From Tubiluchus corallicola (lineage: Eukaryota > Animalia > Priapulida): a stretch of 64,000 nucleotides of DNA. Where the stretch lies: assembly GCA_030141605.1 (NCBI GenBank), contig JAQGDQ010000986.1, positions 1 to 64,000 of the forward strand, in the 5' to 3' direction. The notes beneath the pieces were generated by a model. It worked only from the letters and a program-made list of their open reading frames with translations. It did no database searches and was not told where the DNA came from. The translations under genes and the position numbers were made by a program. This document shows, one piece after another, positions 13,056-24,980 of the stretch (position 1 is its first letter; each line of letters starts with the position of its first letter).

Positions 13056-14039
13056 GAAGACTTGCCTTGTGAATTAGAGTAGCAACAATATTGCAACGTT
13101 CTTCAAGAAGCCAGTATTGTAGTTGTGCTTAGACACAGAAAAGTATTGTGTGTCTTAAACACTATCTGCACTACCATAAGCAAAGGTGACTGTCGCAATA
13201 CCCTCCTTATAAGCCGTGTATTCTTAGGAATGAGTAAATACTTTTTGTATTGTTTTGCACATTGCATGCCAGAATGATGGGCCGAAACCAATATTCGTGT
13301 GCTTGTGGTGAGACAATCCACTAACTGACTAGTGATGGTGTTGTTTAACATCTGTCGCAAAATAGCTAATTCACCTTGCCTCTATTACTTAACTAACTAT
13401 ACATGAAGTATATTAATTAATCTGACGTAGGCTTGAACCACAATACCAATCGCTCTTTGTTTAACTCTTTCTCTGAGAGACGATTTGCCTACGTCTTATT
13501 GTGAGTATGGGAAGACTGCTTAAAGATGATAGAAATTGTTGATACACTGTACTCATGGTTCGATGTTGTTGGGAATTATAGTTGTGTGTTAGTGCCTTAC
13601 AGCTAAGAGGTGATGGATGTCTTGTTTAAAAGTGAATTGTTTTAATTTGAAGAAAATGAGTGAGTCATAATAACGTTTTCACATAATGTGCAATAAGTGT
13701 ATATAGTTTTGCAGTGAAGAGTGTGTTTTGTGTGCTATTTGTACTGTTAGTAATAATGCTAGTCTGTAATTTAATACTGCCAGCTGTTACCTTTATTAAT
13801 TTGTATAATAGTTCGTATCCCAGTGATGAACATTGAGAAACCCAAGATGCATAAATTATTCTGATGTATATAAAGCTTGTAACATGTTAGTATAGGTCAA
13901 TTTTTGTTAGTCAGGTTTTGTGATGTAATAATAATAGGGCCTACCTGGTCTAGTGGTCTTTCTCTTCAAAAGCGCTTTTCCCCCACTACATTTTTTGGCA
14001 TTTTAAAGATTTCCCTAAGCTGCCACAGCCACCAGCAGG

Positions 14040-14246
14040 AGGGTTGCCATCACTCCTAATTTGGCCGGGAGTCTCTTGAAATTAGGTCATAGATTTGGAG
14101 TTCGGTCGGAATTTTGAAAAATTCTGAAATCTGGCTTTGAAATATTCCCTAGTCATAGATTTGTTGTTCTATGACTGGAAATATTTGTTTGAAATATTCC
14201 CTAGCTATTACTCCTGACTTCGGGTCACGACGGGGTGGCAACCCTA
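14040..14246. mobile_element. hAT-like MITE
   Basis: TIRs AGGGTTGCCA...TGGCAACCCT; no clean TSD. Confidence 0.6.
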
Positions 14247-14249
14247 AAC

Positions 14250-15792
14250 ACGAGACATTTTACATGATGACGCTCATCTATCTACTGCCAATGAACTTTC
14301 AGATTAAAAGAAACGCGGAACTTTAATTGACGCTTTCTGTGATAGTTTCGCCCTCTATTGGACAGATAATTAATTATACACGAGTGTAGGGACAGCCAAG
14401 TTATACGCGAGTTAAGTTACTTATGACTGTAAATTGTTTCTGTTCTCTCAAATTTACTTTTATTTTCGGATAAGAAATTAATTTAATTTTGAAAGTGTAT
14501 ATAAATCCCCAGTTGGTTGGAGTTAGCCCCAATAGCCTAACCAACCAACTACATGTATATGTATTTATAAATTTACTGTACTGTGTTAATTACTTATAAT
14601 TAAATGTAATGTAGTATGCCCCATTGTATAAATTATAATATGAAACTTTGTAAAATTATTTGTATTCTCGATGCAAATCGTCGTTTGTTAGTGAGCACAG
14701 GCATATAATTATGTGAGTACTGAGCAATGTTCTTGCACCGTGTAAAATTGTAATACGTCACTCTAGACCATGTTTAGTGACGTAAGAATACCAAAGAGCG
14801 GCCTTAATTCCTCAGAATAGCGCCTTGTCCCACTATCGTATCTTTTGTTACAATACACATTCATGGATAATTTCTAATAAACATATTTTTTCATATTATT
14901 GTTAAACTACCAAAACTACGAGACATTTTACTCGTTGATAGTGGCGACTCGTAGCTAAATTTAGTGGGGGTGCTGCAAAATTAGGGCCTAAAAATTTTTT
15001 TAGCCATTGTCTTAATACTGTATAAAACGAAACAAACATATGTAATTTTAATGTTGTAGTTGTAATATTAAACAAACAAATTTATACATAAACTTGATAA
15101 AATCCTAAACAAAAAATGTTGCTTTCTTACGAATAGCCTAAATTGTCGCAGTTCAAGAATATGCTGTTACACGGCTTTTGTACTACCCTCACGTGCTCCA
15201 GTACCGCACAAGTATAAAGAAAGAACTAAATTAAAACGACTTATTATATTGAGTATTATCGATAATAATGAGTGAAAATAGGGGGTGCTGCAGTACCACA
15301 GTACCTATACACGAGCCGCCACTGCTTGTTGAGGTTCAGTTCATCAGTTATCTATTGCCAGTGAATTCCTAGGCTAAAAAGCAGTTTAATTGGCGCTTTC
15401 TGTGGTGGTGTCGCCCTCTGTTGGACGGGTAATTAATTAGAACGCGGGTGTAGCGGTAGTTTTACTAAATTTTTTCTCGATTCTCCCAAATTTATTATTA
15501 CTTTCAGATAAGAAGTTAAATTACTTTCGTAAATGTACATAAAACCCCATCTTGGTCCAGGTTTCCCGAATAGCCTAGGCAAATCATTTAAAAATATGTC
15601 CATTCATCTACATTTACATCTATTTATAATGTACTAAGTTATAATTTATGCGTATGTCCCATTGTACAAAAAATAATTATTAAAAACTGTAAAATTATTC
15701 GTATTCAGGGTGCAAATAATTGTTTGTTAGTGAGCACAGACCTACATGTAACAATTGTCATGACTTCTGAGCAATGTTTTTGCATGGTGTAA
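14250..15792. repeat. Diverged ~0.5-kb direct duplication (14250-14745 and 14917-15792, second copy interrupted by a MITE)
   Basis: Colinear shared blocks ACGAGACATTTTAC, TCGCCCTCTRTTGGAC, AATAGCCTA, CCCATTGTA, TTTGTTAGTGAGCACAG, CTGAGCAATGTT. Confidence 0.85.
14939..15324. mobile_element. hAT MITE with 8-bp TSD
   Basis: TIR TAGTGGCGACTCGT...ACGAGCCGCCACTG; TSD CTCGTTGA/CTTGTTGA (1 mismatch). Confidence 0.8.
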
Positions 15793-16675
15793 TTAAGTTA
15801 TTGATTGCTGTTTGCAGTGAATATTTTTTTTCTGTATAAGATTATTACGGTGCATAATAAAGTTTTATAAAATATATACCTTTTAAGTTTTATTATTGCA
15901 GTTTAGAAATCTCGTATAATTCAAAAAACAAAAAAATCTCGTTACTGCTACAGTTTATAATTATTTATTTTATTACATTGATAAAAATCAAGAATTTTTA
16001 TAAAAGTCAAAGGTGAAAAGGCTTGATGCCTTCGTATCATAATAGGAGTTATGGAGGTGAAGCTAATTAATACTGTACATCTTATCTCATTCATGGTCAA
16101 CAGCAGAAGGATTTTATAATATAAAAATAGCTGTATAATTCTGTAAAATAAAAACAAATCTATAATTACAAAATCATTGTCACTACAACATACAGCAGTG
16201 TACTAATATTGCAAGTAGCAGACATTATTTATTTAAATCTGAAAGTAATAATAATACATAATTAACCAAACAATCCTATTTCACAATGACAAAGTTTTTT
16301 TGTAGCCATCATTTAGGTTTTTCACAGTTTCGTTGTATGCAGGCACAGTTGCTGTAGGTCAAAGGTTAAGTGTACCACAGCAACGCGTCTTAACTACAGC
16401 TGCCGAATCAATAACTTCAGTTGTTTTACATGGTTTTACATAGAGTGATTTACTAGCTGGATCTTGCTTGGGAACAAGAAAAAATGAACTAAATAAGATT
16501 ACAGCTAGCTGTTAAAATGGTTACGATTATAACAGCATGGGCTGTGAGGTGTTGTCAAGTGTACACAAATGTGATGTCTGGAACACTTAACCTTTGACCT
16601 CTTCATGATCATCATCAATTGCTGGAACTGTGAAAAGGCATGCTAGGCCTAAGTTACAGGTATGTAAGTTGCTAC

Positions 16676-16900
16676 CGGGTGACGTAGCTCAGTGGTAGCG
16701 TGCTCGCTTACCACCCGGGAGGTCGTGGGTTCAACTCTCAATTGAATCTACCAAAGACTTGAAAAAATGGTTCTTCGACTAAGCACTTGGGTTTATCGAA
16801 GTAACATTTGGGTAATTTATGATCGGGACCACCTTAGAAATAAGTATTGAGTTACTTAAGGTGTTATTCTTGGACTATGTCCTAAATGAAATTATTATTA
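16676..16900 (+). mobile_element. tRNA-derived SINE
   Basis: Pol III A box TAGCTCAGTGG and B box GGTTCAACTC, non-tRNA body (ACCAAAGACTTGAAAAAATGG), (ATT)n tail; no acceptor stem closure. Confidence 0.7.
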
Positions 16901-17660
16901 TACGGTAATTATTATTATTGTTATATCAGAAACTCACCCACAAGAACTACTATGACATTTATTTGCAAAGATAAACTTAATAATAAAGAAGCGTAGTAAT
17001 GTCATCTGACAGAAACTACTAGTAATACATATTACAATGATCAAGGTGCAGGTTTTAACAAGCATTTCATGGTTGTAAAAATAAACAAAATAACTGATCT
17101 CCAGCACGAAAATTTTCGCCAACCATCAAATATCTAAGTGCCATCTATTTTCACAATAGAGAAACGTTGGAAGAGCATAATTGAAAAGTTAAAAACACCA
17201 CCAATGTATTTAGGAGACACATGGCACACTCCAGTAAAAGGACCACTCTATATTGATAATATTCATAAAAACAAAACAAAATTTATAAACATTTATAAAA
17301 TGCCATAAAATAAAAACATTTACAATATAATAAAACCATTTGCATTTTGCATTCGTTAATATAATATTAACTGCCTTATTATATTACTTTAATATATATA
17401 TAATATATATATTATATTATTGTATTTCTTATTATATTAGAAAGTGCAATAAACATACAAACTTATTTTAAATTTGTCTAATCACAAATTCGGATCAAAA
17501 TGAATAATTTACTTAAATTAAAAATAACCAATAGCAGTGAAAGCACAATGGTTTAACAATAAAATGATAAGATCACCAAAAGCCATTAAGCCACCAACAC
17601 GCCCACTTATTTATTGATATAATCATCTTGACGGTTCATCTGTACATGATAAAAGTCAGC

Positions 17661-20600
17661 TTATAGAAGTTCCCTGCCAACAGTATTTGGAAACAAAAGA
17701 CTGGCCAGGCCACCTGCCAGCAGGCAGCCGGCAACTAACATGATCGGCACAACGCAGGTAACGTCGATAAGAAGACCGAATAAGACGTTTCCTAAAATTG
17801 CTCCGAGGCGAGCAAACACGAGACCAAATCCAAACGCAGTCGCCCTCACCGAAGTGGGAAACAGTTCCGTTCCCAGGATGTCCATAGCATTCCATGCTAT
17901 CACAGACACTCCGGCAAACAAACAGGACAGAATCAGATTCTGCGTCCTGTTAGTAACGAACCAAATGAAAAACACCATGACGGCACTCACGGTCATACTT
18001 GCGGCCAAGGGGAGACGTCTTCCCAGCTTGTCCATGAAAACTACCGAAAGAAGATTTCCGGGCACGTTCGCTAAAGCCAGAAACACCGCATCACGATACA
18101 CCATGCTATCTGTACCAACGCCACTGCAGTCGGTAAAATTAACAACTGTACTGCTGTTATCATAATTTATAACGCGATCGCTACACACAGATACGTTATC
18201 CTCTCTACCATACATCTCCAAGCGTTTGAATAACTCTGGAAACCACATCCACAAGCCATAGTAACCGAATGATAGGGTAAAATTGATAAATATCCACTTT
18301 AGAGTATTTCTCGTTAACGGCGTATAAAACAGTTCAACTGCTTTTGACATTGACATCAGAAGCAGCTTCACTTTACTATGCAATATCTTTGGCTTTTCTT
18401 CGTAAAAATCACATTGCAATTCAATACCATGCAAATCTGAACGTTGTGCCTTTTTGTTGATCTTGTACATTTTTTGCAAGATGACCATGCACTGTACGTC
18501 CTTGCCACAGTCAAGCAGGTATTTCGGACTTTCGGGCAAAAACGACACCAGCAAGATGGCCGAAAAAGCAGGGAACGTGGCCAAAGCCACAAAGATCCTC
18601 CAGCTCGTATAGGAGAAGCTTGGTCCAAATAGGTTGAGTTGTGTTTGAGGAATAACTGCCCAGGCTAGAAGAGCAACAAGAAGATTCCCCGACATCCAAA
18701 ATGTGGCCAATAAGCTCAGCATTCGTCCTCTGTACATCCGCGGCTGAAATTCAGCGTAGTATGCCCATATAACCGGAACATTACCGCCCACTCCGAAACC
18801 GCTGATTATCCGAAACGTGAGGAAGAGCCAGTACGATTGAGCAAAACTAGACAAGAGGCCAAATATGCCATTAATGAAGAGAGTAAGAAGAAGAACCTTG
18901 CGACGTCCAGTAATGTCCGCCCAAGTAGCCATTACGTATCCACCAATCATCATTCCTGTGTAAAGACAACGTCTGGACGTTTAATCAGATTTGTAAGTTT
19001 TACATAATAAACAGTAGTAGTAAGACTTATAATTGTCAAGTGTAAGTCGTGCACTGCAATCCAACTTGCCCTGCTGAAAATGCTTTTCAGAAAACTGTAC
19101 TAATAAGGCATTCACAAATAGAGAATCACTTTTGTATCACTTACATGCTGCCTCACTGCATACAGAGCTTGCGTTAGCAATAACGCTCCATAAAATTTCT
19201 AAATTTAAACATCCGTACTGGCCATTAGGCACAGCCATTTCAATGGCAAGTCGTATGAAACAAGCCTAGATGAGAATGGGTAAAGTTTGAGAAAATAATC
19301 AGAATGCTCATAGCGTTCTGAATAACCAGAATACTAGCAAAGCAAAAGTACCACTTATTTTATATTATCAATAAGATCAATAATGTGCTTTTTGGTGACT
19401 ACTGGGAACTGGGATGGTGATGCAGTGATGCTTTACCAACTGGTGCAAATTATCAAATCATTCCATTTTAAAATTATTAAGAATTTTCTTTTCCAATTAC
19501 ACAAGCACTTTCAAACAGGTAAGCATGATGCTAATTAATGCAATCCGTATGGAAAGTTTTTTGGGATAAACTTTAAAATACCCTTTTCTTAACTTTTCGG
19601 CTAATTGTGCTCACAAATGTCAAGTTATTTCAACGTAACCAAGAATGTTAATGAGTTGGATTTACTGTGATTGAATTTAGCAGTGGTAATATCCACCATG
19701 CTGTGCCACTGTATGTAACCAGTGACTAACCAAATTGCTCACTTTTTGTAAGGGTCAGAGAAATGTAATAACATATGTGTGCTTGCAAACCAAAACCATC
19801 CAAAAGTCGAAATGCCTCAAAGTAGAATGACCCAAAAATTTGGTCAAATATAGTTTTTTTGTTTTTTTTATAAAAACAAACAGTAAATATAATGGACTTT
19901 TATATTCTAGCATCAATTTATCCAAAAAATAGTTAAAATTTAATTTTATAATCGTGCGCCCATTTTTCTGTCTAGAAACTAGTACTGCAATTGTAAAAAC
20001 TCCTATTTTCAAACTCTGATAGTAACTCCTGGAAGTTGTCATTTTGTTTCGAGTTTTTTCTCTTGCCAAGCTCAGATCTTCACCAGGAAGAGCCATCTAC
20101 TGAGTTAAAACATAACTTCAATGTGTTCTTGCAAGCAAAGTTCGTAGCAACCAACAAAAAACAATGACTGACGTTAACAGCAATTTTCTCAAGATTATGT
20201 TTTTCAGTACGCAGCGCCAGCACCTCGACTTAAATGTGGATTATCACAGCTTAGAAGTAGCATAGAGCAATGAACTTGGTATCAAAATGAACCTCGTGAA
20301 ATGGAGATTCAGGGAATGTGAATAAGTAGAAAATGTTAATTGCCGACTTATGGACAAGAACACTTTGCTGGGAAAAAAATTATATTCATTTTTTATTTTT
20401 GGAATTAGCATTTAAAATCGGATCAGTTAGGCCATACCAGGTTCTAGCAAAATGAACTTGACAACCATTTTTGTCAAAGTTATTCATTGAGACTTTATAA
20501 ACGTTTGCAAGCTAGAACTAAAAATAAAACAAAGTGCTTACTGTTACATTTGCTCTGAATTAACTATGGATCTACACGCTCATATCTCAGGTTTGCCGAA

Positions 20601-23600
20601 CAAAAGAGAGGAGACGTCGGTCTGAATTTGCCGATTGACCATATTTACCAATACTAAGTTAATACAGTAGGAACTGCGAACTAGAGTCACGGTAATATAG
20701 AATCAATCACCTAATTGTCTCAAAAACGTCTAGTAAGCGCCGCTTCTGACATACAAGCTGCAAATGCGTCATTACACGCTGCTTGGTTGCATGGATATAA
20801 TGATGCAAAGAAAGTGACGGAATGCCAACTAGCTGTCAGCTCATGAAACAACGGGCTGTGTCTGTAGTATGCGTGACTTTTAACGGTCCACATTTTCTCC
20901 GATTTTTCTCATATCTGTAAAAGCGAGGTCCAGCAAACCGAGACCGAGACAATGCACAATAATAAGCATCATGTCTGGGAACTTTCAATAAAAATAGTTC
21001 AGTGTCTGTCTTGAAAGAGAACTGTTGAATTAGTATTTTATAAAACCCCAATTACTGTATAATTAGATTAATTAATTGGAAAACACAACACTTACCAATA
21101 AAAATGCTTGCACTCAGCCATCCTTTATTAGCTGATGTCATGTGCAGCTCACATTCTGCTGATGGAAGAAGAAATGAAACGCACAGTACCTGAAGAGAAA
21201 AAACCTTTCGTAAAACTAGCAACTCGATTAAAGAAAAGGTCAAGCCTGCTGGGAAGACAAACAGCTGCCTCCTTTCAACATTCATAACAAATGTTAGAAG
21301 AATTTAGTAATAAAAGTGTGATAACTGCCTCATGTAATTAGTAAAATCACTTAAAGTTACGATCATTTCATTCTTGAGTGCTCCCATCATGAAGGCACAT
21401 TTTTCCACTACTGATATTATTTGTGACTGAAAAAAAGCAGTGTTCGAAGTAAAATAAATTTGTACAAAAAATTAGATAGCTTATTTTGTCACAGATATAC
21501 AAATTATTTTTTATTTTATTTATTAAATACACCCATACATCCACATTATGTACTATGCAGAAGTCTGAATTAATGCAAAGAGCCACAATACAAAAAGCCA
21601 TGAAGTCAGCCAGTTACATGATAATTTTCAAGGCCTGAAAATTTGCATACAGCAGCAGAACACATTAATTTTATGTTTTAGAGGCAGTTTTTTTTGCAAA
21701 TTTCCCCGTTATGTTCTTCTAAGTTAAACTGCTAACAGTAAAATAAAATAAACATGCTAAATAAAGTGTCTTTTCCTTTACTTTCTTCTACTAGACCCTT
21801 TCGAATTGGCTGTATTAGAAGCTTAATGATAGATAAATTAAATTACTAAATGCTAATATAAAGGATTAAATCAAACTGACTAAACATGTGCTGTACTGAC
21901 CAAAACAGTTATAACCTTAGTAAGGAAATGAAAGTTTAATAAGAAGACTTTAATAAACAACAATAAAAACAAAAGACTTGACAATACATTCTGCCAGCGG
22001 CTACTTTACCAACGAAACAATATCAATTATTTTACTTAATTTATACATTAAGTTTGGTGAGGCTGATAACAGTTTTTGAAATTTCATTAGGCAATTGATA
22101 ATAGCAAAAGTCAAAAGTACACTGTCGAAAATTCTGAATGATTACTGAAAAAAGAAGCAATTGACGATTCAGTTCTATTATATGTGATTGATTTCGTTGT
22201 TTGTTTTGAAAATTCAGATTAATTCAGAAGTATTTACAAATAGCTGCTGAAAATAGACTATAATTTAAATATGTACACATGACAGTAAGTACTTGCTTAA
22301 TGACTCCCCATTTAGCGACGTTTCGTTTCAACAACACTGTCCTTTTGTCACATCTTTTCACTCAACGACACACATTTCACTTTAATGACAACTTTGCTCA
22401 ATGTGAGTTTTTATTTTATCAACAACACTTTTACCTAATTTGATGCATCAAAACAGCGTATGTAGTGTTCGCTCACTTATCATGGGTGTTCCGTTCCAGG
22501 CCCACCCGCGATAAGTGAATTTCCGCGAAGTAGGGACGCTATACTTATTTTAGTAGTTATACATTATTTTAAGTTTTTATAAACCCTCCCAACACTCTTA
22601 TACATACCAATCGTGTGTTGTGTACAATCTCACGTCGGCAAGTAGCATCTCAAGCGGGCGCAAGTACTACATTTCGTTTTTGGTGTGTATTCATCCGCCG
22701 AATAAATACACTATTTACTGTAAATGGTAATTTTTTATGATTTACCCTATATTTTTTAATGTTAGAATTAATACTTTTAATATATTTTTATACATTTTGT
22801 GATTTTTTATGCAAAATTCATCAAATCTATGCATTACCGTATAATACGTACTAAGCATGTGCAAAAATACTTAGGAGTACCACAAAAGCCCGCGAAACGG
22901 CGAAAATACTGCGATAAATATTTTACATTAATATTTTTGAAAACTCGTGAAACAGGAGTCCGTGATAAACGAACCACGAAGTAGCGAGTGAACACTGCAT
23001 TGTTCTGTCATAAAATACACTAGCAACGTAAACAGTGCATTTCTTCGCTTCCCAACTGACTACTAAATCCTAGCTGTTTACATCGAGTGAGATCTGCGAG
23101 CAAACTTTATGCGTGCAACCTGTTTAAACAGCAACCCGACTAAATATCTAGATAAAATTCCGCAGGTCACCCAGGGCTTGGCTTTGACACTGTTTATTGC
23201 TTAACTAACTTGGTTTATTGCTTAACAGCTGCCCCAGGCTTAAACATTAACGAAAGAGAAACCGCTATAGCTAGGTAATGGTAGGTAAGATAGATGGTTT
23301 CATGCAAGTAGAAAAAATTAATCGGTAGAAATATGAATAAAACTCATAAAATGTTTCAGCTATATGATTTAACCAGCATTGATTTGTGTCTCCGGAACAT
23401 ATCTATATTCTTTTACATTACTTTCTATGGAAGTCTTGGCTTCATTTAACGACGCTTCGGTTAACATCATTGGAACACATTATCGTCATTAAGCGAGCAC
23501 TTACTGTACCACATAAAATCATTCAAGTTTGCGCAATTAACCATACCTCTACTGCGTCACAAACATTAGCCCAACCAAGTATCAAGACAAGAACCCAATG

Positions 23601-23759
23601 AAACTTTCCAATTCCAACTATATCGAGAACTTCGTCGTAAGACTTTTTTTCTTTGACGGAGCTAGGACTAGTAATATTTTCGTGATTTGTGTGATACTCT
23701 TTGTCACTGCCACAGGCAACATCACTACTTAACAAGTAGTCTGTTTCATGATCAACCAT
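17661..23759 (-). CDS. Synaptic vesicle glycoprotein 2 (SV2)-like MFS transporter, paralog A (533 aa)
   Basis: Exons 23759-23547, 21189-21096, 18955-17661 with GT-AG sites and matching phases; MFS motif ADITGRRK, YYAEFQP, PESPKY, YYGLWMWFP, DKLGRR, ELFPTSVRATAFG. Confidence 0.9.
19753..20560. mobile_element. Probable non-autonomous DNA transposon in SV2-A intron
   Basis: Imperfect inverted ends TCAGAGAAATGTAA / TTACATTTGCTCTGA; left part recurs inverted at ~30045-30140. Confidence 0.4.
22463..22997. mobile_element. Tc1/mariner (pogo/Tigger-like) MITE
   Basis: Termini TAGTGTTCGCTCACT ... AGCGAGTGAACACTG with repeated CCGCGA subterminal motifs; TA TSD not intact. Confidence 0.6.
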
Positions 23760-24174
23760 ACTGTGTCACAAGTGATTAAATTCAACAAAGTATGTAATTC
23801 TCGTACAGAGTACACGAGATTACTAGGAGTTTCCAATTATTCTGAAATGAAGTGGACTAAAAACCGAAGCTAGACTATATGCAGCGCAAGTCTGTTGCTA
23901 AGCCACCATAACAGCAGCATTTACTAAAATCTTAATTTGATCTGATCCTTATTAATAAATTCCGCAGCGAATAGTGCCGGGACTATCCATGAAACAAAAT
24001 ACTTTTCGATTTGCAGTCTTGCTGTTTGGGCCAGTAGCAAAGCAGAAACTTTTAACGTGAAGTTACTCGGCGAATTCAATTCAAGTCAATTTGTTGTGCA
24101 GATGCACTATTAACATTACATATATTGTCCAGCACAAAAAGATAATTGTATACAGGTAAAACTACCGATTACTA

Positions 24175-24233
<59 letters not shown>

Positions 24234-24980
24234 AAACTGACGTGCTGCTACTTTGTTATACTAGCTATTACGAGATACAGATCGACTCGTACAATTATAT
24301 TATTAATCAATTGAAATTGGATCAGATCTGCATAGATGAGTCAGCGATTAGCAATAGTAGTTACCTCCATTCTTACACAACACGTCCATTTTCTTCCATT
24401 CGGTTTAACAATCTGGTAATTATTTTTAAAATTGTCATCAGAGTGATAAGAGTTCATCATGCTAAATACAGCCTCTTATAACAAAGTTATTAAAATAATT
24501 ATAATGGCTTTAATAAATAATTTAAAATTAAAACGCAATAAGATTCATGTACAGAGTATATAAATTAATACGGTACTCGAGCTGCTAGAGCACGTAAATT
24601 ACTATAGTAAAATTTTAAAATTTCTAAGTAATGAATTGTCATTATCATTTTAGTGAATACTTATAAAACAACTTTAATTTTGAAAATCTGTGACCTCAAG
24701 TTCGTAACGTTAATAAAAGCTAGTCTTGTAATTATATAATAGCAACCTCAATTTAAAATTATTCAGTGGTGGACCAAATCTGTATTAAACTGAGTTCAAA
24801 ATGAAATTCATGCATAATAATAATAACAATAACAATAATAAAAACAATATAAACATAGAAAATGGCACACTCATGTTTATAAATTGTCTTTAAATGAAAT
24901 TAAATGAAGTACAAAATGATTTATTGTGTTTCATTCTTAATTTCGCACATCTTGTAAATTCTCACGTTTGTACAATCCTG

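Noticed and set aside
16676-16745. tRNA gene
   Set aside because: A/B boxes present but no 3' acceptor stem; continues into a SINE-like body and (ATT)n tail.
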